This document shows positions 27,590-44,934 of a DNA stretch of 64,000 bases, in pieces. Both the position numbers and the translations under genes were made by a program. The notes beneath the pieces are model-generated. The model saw only the letters and a program-made list of their open reading frames with translations. It was not told the origin of the DNA and searched no databases. How positions within the stretch are numbered: position 1 is the stretch's first letter; every line of letters begins with the position of its first letter. This DNA is from the human T2T-CHM13v2.0 reference genome, Homo sapiens, in NCBI RefSeq assembly GCF_009914755.1, contig NC_060926.1. The stretch is one strand, 5' to 3'.

Positions 27590-28730
27590 AAGACTCACAG
27601 AGGAAATTATGCTGTTTTAGCAAGGTTTAGCCAGTGCTTGGAAGTTCATCAGGGGAAAATTATTTACTAGAAAGACAATGCAGAGAAAGAAAGTTCAGTC
27701 AAAAGATGGTAGAAAGTAATGCAGAATCATGAAATGCCATAGTATTCAGGAAGGTATCCTGGCACGACTTAAAGGTAAAAATATGAGGAGAAATTACAGG
27801 AGACGAATCTGAAAAATTATAGAGACCAAATTATATATGCCATACTGAAGAGCTGAGACTATATCCAATAGGCAATGGGGAGCCACTAGTGGGCTACTAT
27901 CAGAGAAATGATACTTTCTACTTTGCAGTTTTGGAAGATGTCACTGAACAATGTAGAAAATATTTTTTAGGATTACAAGTATGGGTATAGGGATATCAGT
28001 AAAAAGCATGTTAGAGTAGTCTAGGTGAAAGATGACTGTAACTTGAAGTAAGGCAAAGGCATTAATTGCAAAAAAGAGTGTATTCAAGAGATATTAACCG
28101 GGATAGTACATAGGTTATAGTGCATAATAAGGTGTACTGAATGAAAAAGAAAAAGGATTCTAAGATAATAATTAGATTTCTGATTTGTTATCTGGGAGGA
28201 TGGTGTAAGAAGACCCAGATTGGTAATAAGAAGAAAGAAGTATAATGGTAAGTTTATTGGTAACACATAGTGAATTTGTGATGCCAAAAGATGGTTCAAG
28301 TGAAGATATTTAATGGGCAATTAGATATTTGAATGGTGCAGGGGGGTAGTGTGATGAAAGAGGAAAGAAGACAGTTATGGAGATAAAATGTGGGGGAGGG
28401 GAGTTGCATAAATATAAAATTATGAACGTGGATGGTCTTGCTCAGAGAGAACATTTAGATTACAGAAGTAAAGTCCCAAGAACAAAACTCTGGCAATTGA
28501 GGAGATGGACAGGGACGAGTATTCAGCAAAGATGTCAGAGAGAATTGGGAGTCAGGAGGAGAAGTTTGTCCTACAACAGAAGTGGAGAGGGCGTCAAGCG
28601 GAAGAAAGATGTCACTGGTACCAAAGCTGCAGAGCAGTCAGAAAGACTAGTGGAACATTTCCACTAAACATTTCCAGTAAAGTTGGCAGCATGGAAGCCA
28701 CTGGTGGCCTTAATTAAGGCAGTTTCTGTG
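27590..28730 (-). mobile_element. L2 fragment
   Basis: ggcaatggggagccact, gtagtctaggtgaaagatgac, gggcaattagatatt, ggaagccactggtggccttaa. Confidence 0.7.
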
Positions 28731-30026
28731 CTGGAACAATCCCATATTCAGTAAGACAAAAAGTTCTGAAACCAAGAAAACCTTTAAGGTTGGGAGAATT
28801 TTTCTGATTAGGCACACAAAACAAGCACTTCAGTTAATTGTTTCTATGGAAATAAATATGAAAGGAAGATATGGGCTAACTGTACAAATATTTGAAGTCA
28901 CAGAAAAAGTACATATGGCTACCTGTTTACATGACAACATTTTACTTCGAGCAAGTTGTTGTTTCCTACCTTAATGCCTTGATTTAAAGTTTCTGAGGAT
29001 ATTTTCTTTTGGGAGGACATGTGTAGGAACACAACAGAAATATAAACCAAAAGAAAAGTTGCCCTAATTGTGTCTTCCTCAGTTGGAATTCACTTGAATA
29101 ATCTTTTTTGGTTATGGTATATGTAGAAAGGGTGACACTGCTGTCCCAGAGCATATAATTTAAGCAAACACAGATTATCTCATATATCCTCCTCTTCCTT
29201 TCAGGATTCATTTCCAGAATCCCAGTGCTCTCATTTTAATTTCTGGAAGTTCAGATCTCAAACTGAAGCAATCATCTAGGGTCACTAGTCTACATATTTT
29301 CTTCCCATTCTGATTTCTATAGAAACTCACATATTCTGTGTTTCATTGGCTCAAAATGGTACTCTGAGCCAGCTGACCCGAGGAAGAAAGGGAATCTGCT
29401 AATATATTAGGAGATGACAAATTCCTCTTATTACATTCTGGGATGCAATTATCAAAAACTCTAACAGAAAGTAACTGTGGCAGACCAATGGGATGCTACT
29501 TAGTTATAGGCATGCCTTTAAATCATACCACATAGCTGTCTATTCTTCCTGACTATATGCAGACATCATATACTTCCACTCAACTGCAGCAAATGCCTAT
29601 TGTGTTTTCATTTATGAAGAAGAAATAATAAATGCTTGACATTTCTGCATTATTAAAACAAGATATATTCTAAATAAAATACTTTTCTATTGAGAAATGA
29701 ATTAACAGTACATAAAACTTAAGGCATATTCTCAATATTATAATTGGATTTTTCCAAATTATCCAAAATGCTTATTATCCCAATATTATGTGTTTAAAAT
29801 ATTCTTTATTTTCTCTTCTACTTTAAAATGTTACTTTTATTATACATTTAATTTTCATGGGTTTTTTTTTTGCTTTATTTCTCTTCTTTTCTGTTGATTT
29901 TTCTGCTCAAGCACCAAACTGGTTTAATTACTGTAGCTTTTAGTATGCCTAAGCACTGAGTAATAACAGTCTTCCTTCAGTTTATTTTTCCCCTTACCAC
30001 GAAAATTTTTTGGATACTAATGCATG

Positions 30027-30381
30027 TGTACTAGTCCATTCTCATGCTACTAATAAAGACATACCTTAGACTGGGTAATTTATAAAGGAAAGAGGTTTAA
30101 TGAACTCACAGTTCCACATGGCTGGGGAGGCCTCATAATCAGGACAGAAGACAAAGGAAGAGCCAAGGGTCATCTTACATGGCAGCAGGCAAGACGGCTT
30201 GTGCAGGAGAACTCCCATTTATAAAACCATCAGCTCTCATGGGACTTATTCACTACCCAAGAACTGTATGGGTGAAACCACCCCCATGATTCAATTATCT
30301 CCACCTGGCCCCATCCTTGACACATGGGGATTATCACAATTCAAGGTGAGATTTGGGTGGGGACAAAGCCAAACCATATCA
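30027..30381 (-). mobile_element. THE1B-like solo LTR
   Basis: tgtactagtccattctcatgct...gggtggggacaaagccaaaccatatca; 5-bp TSD gcatg/gtatg. Confidence 0.92.
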
Positions 30382-30439
30382 GTATGTTTATTCTTCTCCA
30401 TAAATTTATTTTTATATATAATCATTTTATATGTATAAA

Positions 30440-31810
30440 TCTCCTATTTATTTGAGCAAAAGAATATTGAGGATAATAGGAGCCAGATTGCTCATGATTG
30501 GAGATGGAATTTCACATATGGAAAGGGGAAGAACTAAAATAGGTACCATGGCATTGGCTAGAAGTTAGAGGTACTGGTATAAACTATAGGTTTTATAAAT
30601 ATAATATATACAACCCTAGCTATGTCCAGTGAGAGGAGCAAGAAACAACGCCACAACAGTAGCAATTAGCACACCTAGCACTCAAATTTTGTTTTCTATA
30701 TAAGGTTCACTACTGAAAGTGATCAAGATTCCTTATATAATAGGCTGAATCCAGGGCTGGGGAGAGAGAAAGTGCAAGATAAATCTGGAATACATCACAC
30801 TAGAAGGTAAGGATGCATTCAAAGAATGATGGTAGCATATCAAAAGAACATACAAATGAGCTTGAAGAGGCTTCATTGATCAAATCTGGGACAATCTGAG
30901 CATCAAAATAAATAATGATAGCAATGTTTTATGTCTTATTGCCCACTGAATAAAATCAGAATCCATGAGTCATTTCTGATAAAAAATAAATGAATGAATA
31001 CATTAGGAATAAAGGTCCTCCTACTGGAAAACATCAACTGATAAATACCAAAGGAATGATAGAGCTAGAAAATCAGTGAATAGTAAAACCATTGGGTGAA
31101 AATTTGGTGAGAAAGAAGCAGGATATTTATACATCCTCAATATATCATTCTATAAATTTCTAATTAATTCAAAAATTAAAAATGGGAATATTACTGGTAT
31201 TGCATCACTATTAGGACAAACTAGGATTAATTATGTGCCTCCTGACCCAATATCACAAAAACAAATCTACTCATTTTTGTAGAAATAAAAATTTCTAATT
31301 CTTTTCTTGGAAATACCAAACATAACCAAAGTGAGGGGAAGTCTATAAATAATTGGCCTGTACTCTAAAAATGTCAAGGTCAAAAAACACAAGGAAAGGT
31401 TGAAGAGCCACTCCAAATTAAAAGACCCAAGAGAACTGACAACTAAATGCAATGTATCATCTTAGATTTCCTTCTACATTAGGAATGACATAGATATAAA
31501 AGACTATTGGGACAAAGACAAAACTTGAAAAAGAACTGCAGATTAAACAGTATTTTACCTGTATTAAATTATTTGATTTCATTTGTGCTATATATGTGCA
31601 AATGTGTGATAAAAATTATATGCATTGTGTAATACATATTTAATTTTATTCTATTCATATAATAAACAATATTTATATGCATGTTTAATTATACATGAAT
31701 AAAGAGAATAAAGACAATGATAAATGGGGCAAAACATAAACAATTGTTCCTGGACTTCCCTGTACTATTCTTGCAACTTTAAAATTACACTAAATTTGAA
31801 AATTTTTTTA
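30440..31810 (+). mobile_element. Old L1MC/MD 3' region
   Basis: gatcaaatctgggacaatctgagcatcaaaataaataatgatagc; gacaactaaatgcaatg; tgtactattcttgcaactt end. Confidence 0.75.
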
Positions 31811-32438
31811 AAACTTGTTGCAACTTTAATTTTTAAATCATATAGAAATTATAGATTTTAAAAGGTCAAAGGAAATGTATAATTTAGCATCATCTTGAAA
31901 TGTTGTATCTTACAATAAATTTTGCTACATCAAAACTTTGTGATGCCATATTTCAGAAGCAAGGTTAACAACTCTGGGAGAATGACATCTGTGTATTGTC
32001 TCTATTCACAGTGATTTACAAACAAAACAAAACAATCCGTAATAAATAAGATGGGTAATCTGTGAATATGTTGAGTAATAAACCCAACCAAAATATTCCC
32101 CCTTCACCCTGAAGGGGGTTCAGGTAAATCCCCCTTCTGAGGTTTACCTGAATTCTTCAAGTAGAACTAATCATACAACTCTTAACTCACATGCCATTGT
32201 TTTTCTAATTTTCCTAGGACATATAAAACTTTCTACCTCGGATAATAATTATGTATACACACATTATCTTTGAGAATCAACTAAAAAAAAAACCCTTAAG
32301 GATAAAACTCCCATTTGCTTAAAAATCTTTCAGTGGCTCCCAGATGCTCTTATGATGGTCAAACTGTTTAATTTATATTACATAAAATATTATATATTTA
32401 AGCTTCATAAATCACATATATATAATATAGTCTGGCTA

Positions 32439-33146
<708 letters not shown>

Positions 33147-33151
33147 GGCTA

Positions 33152-33610
33152 GGTCTCTCAAAATCTCCCTACCCACTCATTCACTAAATAGACACATGGT
33201 CCCAGCTTTGGCAATATTGGACGACTTTCAGTTCACCTAAATCATTACATTTTCCCTCCAAGAAGTTTTAAGTTCCTTTGCCTAGAATATGCTTCCTTCA
33301 AATTCTTCCCCCAGCCATTTCTGGCTTCATGTTTAACCCTCAGTATGGGTATGGGTATCTCTTGCTTCTAGAAGTCTTCCTTGAGAATCACATCTGAGAT
33401 AGATGTCCCTTCTTTGTGGCTGTGTATTTTTACTTCCAGTTTCAAATCATCAGTAGCATGATCACAATAGCGCTTATACTTCTTTTCATTAATCATTAAC
33501 TGTAACTTTCCTGTCTCATTTTGTACAGTATTGAGAGAATAACTCATCTTTGTATTCCATACATTTCTTTAATACTGTCTTGTATAAAGTAGCTTGGCAA
33601 TTAATAAATG
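33152..33610 (+). mobile_element. L2 3' region
   Basis: ttcctttgcctagaatatgcttcc, ctagaagtcttccttga, catctttgtattcc. Confidence 0.6.
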
Positions 33611-35829
33611 CATATCTATATTGTACTTGAGCAAAATGCTACTTATGAATTTTGAGTTTGAAGAGAAATCCATCTAACTGTCTATCAATATATCTCTCTC
33701 TCTCTTTCTCTCTCTCTTTCTTGCTGAGACCACTGAGAAGGCTTAGAAATAATGGCAGCTCAGTAGTAATGGGCATACCTAGCACCAAGGCCTTAGCTTC
33801 TATATATCATTATCTACTAAAAAAGAAATCGTCATCTATCCACACTTACATGTATGCATATATAGCTGAATAACATGTTTCCCAAAAGAATGTACTTCAG
33901 TACTTAATTTAGTACTCTTATTCTTCTTTTTGAATAGAACAAGGAAAAAGAACTCTTCAAAAAGAGTGGAAAAGATAGCTAATCCTCTGTGGTTTTATGT
34001 GCTAAAACAGTCCTGAGATACACAAGTTAAACTTGGCATACTTTGGATCTGGGCCAAAAATTGTTTTTATTGGCTGTAGAAAATGGAATTTTAGACCATG
34101 TTGAGCCATACTATAATTATGTTTGGAAATGCATGATGTGATGGTTGAGCATTCAGTGCGACTAAATGAGTTTATATCTTCTGGAAAGTGATTGATCATA
34201 TTTTCCCCAGCATTTACGCCTTATGCAGGCAAAAAGAAAAGTTTTACTTCTTAACACCATTTACTGAAAATATAGAAACACAAATATTTCCAAAAGACAA
34301 TGAGGAATTATAAAGGAACTTCCTTCTAAGTATAGATATCAAGATCTCGACAGGGTTAATGTAAGCCTAAAGTCAGCTTTTTATTGATAGAAAAACAACA
34401 GTAAAACAAATCATTTAGAGTAAATAGTTTATGCCTTGAGCTATCGCCTCAAAATAAACATTCCATTTTCCCACTTGACATTGACTCAAATGACATTGTT
34501 TTGCTTCTAAACAGAATTATTTTTTCTAGGTTCCACGGATGTCGGTGATTTCCTTCAGGAGAGTTGAAACTGATAAATATTGTTTTAGAGAGCTGATCTG
34601 GGAGTTGAAAGGAAAATATTTTATGCCAATAAAAATTAAATTAGCTTCAACGTGAAAGCTATACAAAAGAGGAAAATACGTAACACAGGACTATAATTCA
34701 ATGATTTAGGCAATGTTAAGAGCTGAAATACCATAGAGCTTTTAATATTATTATTTGGAAAAGTTTCTGCCTAGGGCAATACCAATGTAAACATTTCCAG
34801 TTTCATCCCTGCCAAATATTGTTGTTTTTTCCATTATTGAAGCTTAAAAATACTTGGGCTGTTTTAAAGATTAGTGTGTTGGCATAAAACCGCACATGCT
34901 TCCTAGAAGTATGTTCTTTAACCCTCAATCATGACATTTAAAATTATTTTTCATGATACTTAAATATTGTCAAGGTACTTTGGCATCAGAAGAGAATTTC
35001 ACCAATTCTCATTAGGCAATTAGTTATGATAGAAATGAGGTAACATGCTGAGCCATGAATATTCAGTATTTGTCACTACTTAAAATGCTAATATGCAAGA
35101 TAAAAATGCCAAGTACACTTTTTTGGATTCATTTAAACTTAAATCATAGGGATGGCATTGTGTTTTCACCATCTCAGCTTTCATCATTATATTAAGATTT
35201 TAAATATAATAGCCAGAATATATTAATTACAAAGCAAAGTGGTCAGCAATGGTTTCCCAGGGTTATTTTGTAGTATCTTAAAATGCTGGCCAGATGAAAA
35301 GCATGCATAATTACCACATCTCCTGCCTAGAAGAGATTGTGGACCACTCAGCTCTGTTAGAACAGCATACCAGTGAAGTCAAAGCTCTCACAAGGTTCAA
35401 TTAACATAGGACAAAGATAAACTTATCTTAGCCATTGATATCATAAAGGCATGCTGTTTACCCCAAATAAAATCAGGTCAGAGGATGGAGATAAATTTTA
35501 CTGCCATTAAACATTTGTTAAATTGAGTGCAGTCTCCTGTTTTGGTCAGGAGTGGCTACTACAACATACCTTGACTGAGACTAAGTATTCTGTGTCTAAA
35601 ATGTCAGATTTAAGAACTGAGGACAGATATCTATTTGCTTTGAAGCAAAGAGCATGTATTCAGATTGAAAATTTGCTTTGTAAATGGAAATGGAGAGAAC
35701 AATTAACAAACTTGCTAATATTGTCATTTGGTTAATTAACTTACCTACATTACACATGTGGACTGTTGAGTTCAAATGATTAAATATTAAGTTTATGTGC
35801 CCTTCAATGATTAAGCAGCCTTCTCTGGT

Positions 35830-36070
35830 AGAGAATAAAGAGCATGAACTCTGGAATGGCCTGCTTTGATTAGAATCCCAGCTCCTCATCTAACAAGGTA
35901 TGTGATCCCCAGAAAATTTTTTAAAATAGTTAAGGTTAAATTTCCTCATCTTCAATGAAGGGAAAATAATCATCACCACCATATGGGATTTCTGTGTTTT
36001 TTAAGTGAGATAATATATATATATATATAGACCACATAGACAAATGCCTGATACATAGTAAACCTGCACA
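35830..36070 (+). mobile_element. MIR
   Basis: agagcatgaactctgga...gaatcccagctcc...tttcctcatct...atgcctgatacatagtaa. Confidence 0.75.
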
Positions 36071-36190
36071 AAATCTTTTGTTTTGTCATTTTAATCTATA
36101 CATTAAACTCCAGAATTACACTTACAAGTTGGTTAAGTTCAAAAGGACGGCCACTGGGAAAATGTTTACTTTGAGAACTTTTTTTTCACT

Positions 36191-36193
<3 letters not shown>

Positions 36194-36223
<30 letters not shown>

Positions 36224-36224
36224 A
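36194..36224. repeat. (CA)n microsatellite
   Basis: Read directly from the sequence. Confidence 0.9.
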
Positions 36225-38116
36225 TACTCTATTCATATTTTAAATATCACTGTTTATTATATTTCCCTTTATAAATTTTCATGTTCCTCATTATTCCTAG
36301 ATAATGTTGCACTTAGTTTTGATGTCCTAATATCTCATGTCATCTATGAGCAATCATTTCCAAGCAGATGAAGCTGGGACATGGCCACATAAGACCGTAT
36401 CAGAATCTACTGAGAGATTTTCCAGACTGTAAACACACCGGACCCTCTACTTCCCATTCTTGCCAAATTCTGACACTTTCCAGTGACCTTCCTGATTACC
36501 AGCTCAGTTCATGAGGAGCCCTTTTTGCTGATGGCAATGTGTGCCACAAGTAAAGAGGAATAGAAGAAACAGGCTGTAGACCACCAACAAGTAAAGGTCC
36601 TCACACTTCCCAGTAAGGATGATGCTATTGTAGGCCTGGAGACTAAGGGGTCCCTTCTATAAGGCACACATGCCTACCCTGTAAAGCCCATCTCAAAGGC
36701 TATATTTTCAACCTTATTTTCACTGGTGCTCTCTGCTCTTTCCCTCTGAACAACCATAAATCTATCTATACTTTCCTATGGCATGGCTCACTTTCTACTA
36801 TGTATTATAGTTTCTTATGTCCATGACACATTTCCCTACTAGGCTTCTGTGCATTTCAGATAATAAGTGATTTCTGAATTAATTAATTAATTAACTAATT
36901 AATATCAAATGTCTCCCTTTGAACTGTGCCTAAACTGTTTAAACAGGCTTGCGTTTCAGAGTTTCATCCATAGCCTGTCATATGGATGTTTCTGATGAGC
37001 ACAAACATTGGTCAACTTTTTGACATTATGGGGCTAGAACACAAACTTCTTGGAGCTCTGGCTTTATCTCCTTAACTATGTGATCTTGTTTCACAACCCT
37101 GGCGTTACTGCTATTTTCCCACATCCCAGTCATGCCTTATGATGACAAGCTGCATTTTTAACATTTTAGTGCTACAGGATAGGCTCAGTGAAACTTCTTT
37201 TAATTTGCAAGTCTTTGGCTTTCCTAACATTTCAAGATTCTAACACTCATGCTTGGCACATTGGGTGTGCTCAGTAACTTTTGATTTTATGTCTTAAATT
37301 CTCCCTTCCTTTTCTCACTCCTTTCTTCTTTATTTTAAACCATTTTGGAGCACATGTTTCTAATCAATAAACAAAATCACATCATTTGCTTAGTCTTATC
37401 ATTTAGATTTTTTTTTTGTTCTTGTGTTGAAAGCAGATTTTAAAGACTGGTAGTTTAGAATTACCTTTGAATTATTCTTTTAACTTATGTTTCCCTTGTT
37501 GAAGTCTGATTTACACATATCCCGAAACTCCAAAATTGTAAAGTATATGCGATGTGTTAGAACCCAACAGAAATGTTGGGTTATGGACCATTCTGCTGTG
37601 AAAATTGTGAAGAATCTCAGATATTTAGAACTGAAAGAAAAAACTTCAAAGGCATTCCAAAACAGCTCCCTGTTCTTTCCACATTATATCCAAAAAAACT
37701 ATCACCCACTGCTAATGACTGTGCATGCCAGCCAATTTTCATCTACCAACAAAGGTATTCACTTTCAGCAGAGTTCCAAATTGGTTTAATTTAGTGCAGT
37801 TTGATGGATAAAATCTAAATGATCTTTTTTATTTAAAAACTAACACTACAGAGTTGTCTTAATCTACTGTGATTCCGTTTTTAGCAGATACAAACATAAG
37901 TTATGGTGTTGGTGTGGAAAGGTACTATAGAGATTATTTGGTTCAGACTCTATTTTCCTCTGGGGAAACTGAGACCACAAGACATACTAAAGCAATATCC
38001 TTTTACTCTAGCCTACAAATTTAAAATTGATTCTTCTCTATATTTAAAGATATACGTTTAAATTTAAAATAATAAGTATTGGAGATTAACAGAATTGTAC
38101 CACTACAGGATCACAT

Positions 38117-38117
<1 letters not shown>

Positions 38118-38172
<55 letters not shown>
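38118..38172. repeat. (CA)n microsatellite, over 20 pure units
   Basis: Read directly from the sequence; its length suggests it is polymorphic. Confidence 0.95.
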
Positions 38173-38175
<3 letters not shown>

Positions 38176-38374
38176 CCCAGGAAATCCTTCTAAATCTTCT
38201 TAGGATAGTCTTGTCAAACCTTGTAATAAACCTGTGAATAAAAGGCATCACAAAATGATAGCTTATCTAACTGTGGAAGTATCCTTCCCAAACATCTAGG
38301 CTGACCCAGAAAAAATATACCAAAAAAAAGAAAAGCAAATGAAAACATAATTAACTCAACTTTACCAAAAATGA

Positions 38375-38455
38375 AACAGAGAAAGAAAGAAAGAGACAGA
38401 GAGAGAGAGAAAGAGAAAGGAAAGAAGGAAGGAAGGAAGGGAGGGAGGGAGGACG
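38375..38455. repeat. Purine-rich (GA/GAAG/GGGA)n tract
   Basis: Read directly from the sequence. Confidence 0.85.
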
Positions 38456-38774
38456 AGCGGGCAAAATAACACAAAATAACAGCTCCATGGAAAAATTCAT
38501 TCTGTATCATGAATAGTGAAAAAAATGAGCAGAGGCTATAAGAATAACCTCCCTCACCTCATTACCTCTTCCTATACTCCTTCACCAAAGGAGGGTGTTT
38601 GTAGTTCAAATATTGTCAACAACATTTCAAGTTGAAAGGAGAAAGTATCTTTGTCTGATTTTTATGCCATACAGGCTTATTTTCCACATTTTCTGAGAGA
38701 CACTAAACATTCACTCTTTGGCATTTTTACCTTTATTTCTACTTCTATTTCTATAATTCTACTAAATCATAAAG

Positions 38775-39240
38775 TCCTAGTATTCATAAAATCAGATGTG
38801 AAAAAGACCCATATTTGAATGTTGGTTACATTACCTACTAGCTATTCAACACTGGATAATTTTCTGAATATCTCTCTGTCTCACCTTCATATTACTAAAA
38901 TAGGCTTGAGAATAATAACTACTACATAGGGCTGCCCTAATAACTGAAGAGAATCAGAGTGAATTTTGACCCCTCTATAGTATATGTAGCATTTAAATTT
39001 AAATTTTTTTAAGGACTAGACTTCAGCTATTATACCAAACTCAATTACACCAACTTGGATCATCCATGTAAAGCATTTATAATGCTACAACATAAAATGT
39101 GCTAGCTAAAATTATTTTTAGGTTGCTGTCAAGATTAAATAAAAGAAATATATTAATTTCTGAGCATAGAACCTGGCACACAGTAAATGGCACTCAATAA
39201 ATGTTGGCTTTTTAATCATCATCATCATCATCACTGGTAT
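38775..39240 (+). mobile_element. MIR fragments
   Basis: ctactagct...tctctctgtctcacc; aagattaaat...tagaacctggcacacagtaa. Confidence 0.6.
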
Positions 39241-40744
39241 TATCTTTAATTACTCCTACTGCTAACTGCCTTCTCTTTTATTCAATACCAAAGGAAACAA
39301 AAGCACCATCAAGCACATATCACATTTTCAAAAGGCTGTGACACCAACAAAATTTACTAACCAGAGAGAAAGAGAGAATGGACAAAGGAAAAGAATGGAA
39401 GAAATGGAGACATAAAGTGCCACATTGAGCTAGAAAGTTTCCAACTGAAAAAATAAGCTATGAAATCTTCCATGAATAGAATTCAGGGCTGGCCAATTTA
39501 TGACTCCACCTCATGTCATGTGCCTCAGTTAGCCCAGAGGCCAAAATGTAAGCATTTGCCCATGAAACTGAATTTATTGGCTCACAGTAGGAAACAATAT
39601 ACCAATGACATCAAGCTAGTCCTCAAAAATGTTTTCATAAAAAAAAAAAACCAACATTACTAGGGCAATGAAAATTCCCTGCAGTTTGATTAAATAAAGA
39701 CTGGTTAAGATCAAATCAGGCTTGTTCCTTTTAAGGCTATTGTTTTCTTTTTCAAATTTCCAAAGAGCCATGCTTTGGAAATTATAATTTCTTCATCAGA
39801 GAGATGTTACATGAATATCACTGTATGACCTGGTAGCTTTTCACTATGTATAAAAAAGACACAAAGAAAAAAAAAAAGAATTTCTCACATTTGCAAAAAT
39901 TAATGTATACTGACTATAAAGGGAAAAAAGCAGCTATTTACGGCTGGCACTGTTTGTTGTATCGGTTTCTGAAACAATAGAGAATATCAAAGTACGTGAA
40001 TCACCATATACAAGTTCTTTCCTTCTGAGAAATCTAATTTACAAATAACTTAAGCCTGTATTCTGTAATTCCCATTGAAGTTAGTGAAAGTTGGGTTCTG
40101 AGTCTCATTTAGATGACCAATGCTATGGAAATACATGCTTGAAAGATATTTTTCTTTTTATTAAAAATATTTTAACTATACAAATGCATAAAGTATTAGT
40201 ATGTATGTGGACATATGAAAAGACAAAACTACGCACACTCCCCAGATCTATTTCTGTTATTAACTGGCATCATCAGAAAATGCTGTACCTTACTTAACTG
40301 TGTAAGTAGCTCTTTAAGCCTTTTTTAAAATGTTAATTTTTTTATAAAAATTAATCTGAAATTTATTATATACTTTTACCAGTAAGAATTCTGCTATTGT
40401 TTCAAGCCATAATCAGGGACCTGAGCTCACATGTCAATGCAAACTTGCATAACCTATACTCTAGTTGCTTAAACTTTTGATGGTACCAAGAACACCGAAA
40501 GAGAAGCAAACTGAGGATGCTCAGAGTTGTGCAGTACCGCTTCCCATGCAGCTCTGAGCTGCCCCTCTCTCCTACTGCCTCCACGGCTTTGTCTTTCTTA
40601 CTACTTCTGCTCTGCACTGCTTTCCTCCAAGCACCTCTGCTTTCCTTTTTTCCTTTTTCTCTCATTCACCATTCAGTGCCAAACATGAGCTAGAACTTCT
40701 GCTGGGCACTGGTTCCATAGCAGCAAAAAGACAGACACATTTTC

Positions 40745-41210
40745 TTTTTTTTTTTATCTGAGTTTGTTTATTGTTCTGATTTACTGAAACTTAAAATATT
40801 CCATCAAATTATCCAGGAAAATCCAGGTGGCAGAAATATATAATATGTCCATTTCATCAAGAGGTCTCGAATAAATTTTAAAAGTCCAGAAAATGATATA
40901 TACTATGCTATTTAAATCAGTTCTATCTTCTGTACGTAAGAACTCAAGTACAGAAACAAACTGTGGTGCTGAGGTAACATTGTAACCCGCTACCAACATG
41001 ACTGCATAGGTGTCTAAGGTTAAGAGTGAACATTACTGTGAGGTCTCAAGTTATTTGATTGATCAGTCCCATTTGAATTTCAATCCAAGCAGCATATTTT
41101 ACATGCACCTGAAGGAAATATCTTCAATGTGTTCATGTGTGTGTTTATGTGCACATATGTGTAGGGGATGACTGAAAAACATTGATAAGTGCATGCTAGA
41201 AGTCTGCTGT
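40745..41210 (-). pseudogene. 5'-truncated processed retrocopy, probably of IARS1 (last 4 codons, stop, 3' UTR, poly-A)
   Basis: Minus strand: ACA GCA GAC TTC TAG (T-A-D-F-stop, the recalled C-terminus of cytoplasmic isoleucyl-tRNA synthetase), about 440 nt of UTR, AATAAA (40767-40772) and an A-tail (40745-40755). It splits an L2 fragment. Parent identified from memory. Confidence 0.75.
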
Positions 41211-42191
41211 CCTAACAAAGATTAAATTCCTGTCTCATTTGCATATGTCCTTGAAGCTTTTGTTTTGTTTTCTTTGTTGTTCATGATTTGTTCAGTTTAA
41301 CTTCCAGCACCTTGATTCTGTGATCACCACTAATCCACAAAATCTTTTTTCTGCTCAGTGAACAATGCCACTACATTTTACTGGAACAGATTGTTGCAAT
41401 GAAGCATTTACCATCTCAGTTTCTACTGAAGCCCCAAGCAAAAAAGGTGACAACTTGCCTCATGTTTCACAGTGAGCTGGAGGCCCATCAAAGTAAGACT
41501 TGCAGAAGAAGAGTTCGAGAGCCAGTAACCTTCAAATGTGCTCCATTTAAGTCTGCTAAAGCCCTGCAATGCCAGTGGTTAAACACCATGGCAAAACCAG
41601 AATAATCAAGGGATAACTTTCCTGCCCTTACCTTTTTCTTCCCACTCCACATCCAGTCAAGCAAACATGAAGCAGCCCTGTAAATAGGTACTAGCCAAGA
41701 AAAAAGAACAGATGGTGACTGCACTTGCACTTTTTTATTTTGCCATGGACAGTCCGCACAAACAGATCCAAGCTGACCTATTAGAAAACCTTTCACCTTA
41801 AATGAAGATAGATACTTTATTTCATTCAACTAGGCATATCATTACTGAGACTATTTTTTCATGTGACCAGAAGTGACTTGACGTATTTTTATGGCCTAAA
41901 AATGATCAGATAAATTATAGTTTCTGCTCAAGTTTTCATTGTCCACCTCAGCAAAGCATGGTGGTAGCAAGACTCCTCATTAGGGTAATTCCTTTGTTTC
42001 GGCACTATCATTATTAGTCATTCATTATGAAGCTGATACGGTGATGAAAGAGCTCAAAAAGCTTTTTGGGATACCACTTGATGCAGGCCATTTTTTTTCT
42101 CAGTCCTGGAAAAAGTCAACAAGACAACTCCATAGCCAAATTGGACACATGATGCCCGATTTGGTCTACTTATTTTCCAAAAGAATTGTGA

Positions 42192-44703
<2,512 letters not shown>

Positions 44704-44934
44704 AACAGAAGAATTTGCTAACAAATATGTGTGTGCTGACTGTTCAAAGTAAATTATATTTAGATTATTTTCAACACATTAAACTTATGCATTTATTCAA
44801 ATTAACTCAAGAAAATTCAGATCTAATTCATATCTTTGAAACCACATAGATGTGAACTCAATGTGGATGTAAAATGCTGCCCAACTAGTCATCAGGGTTA
44901 CCTAGCTCTTATCGGGTTCTCTAACATATTATAC

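Noticed and set aside
34505-34580. Plus-strand acceptor-like ttttttctag|gttcc followed by two CpGs
   Set aside because: No matching donor or ORF; an antisense exon cannot be supported from sequence alone.
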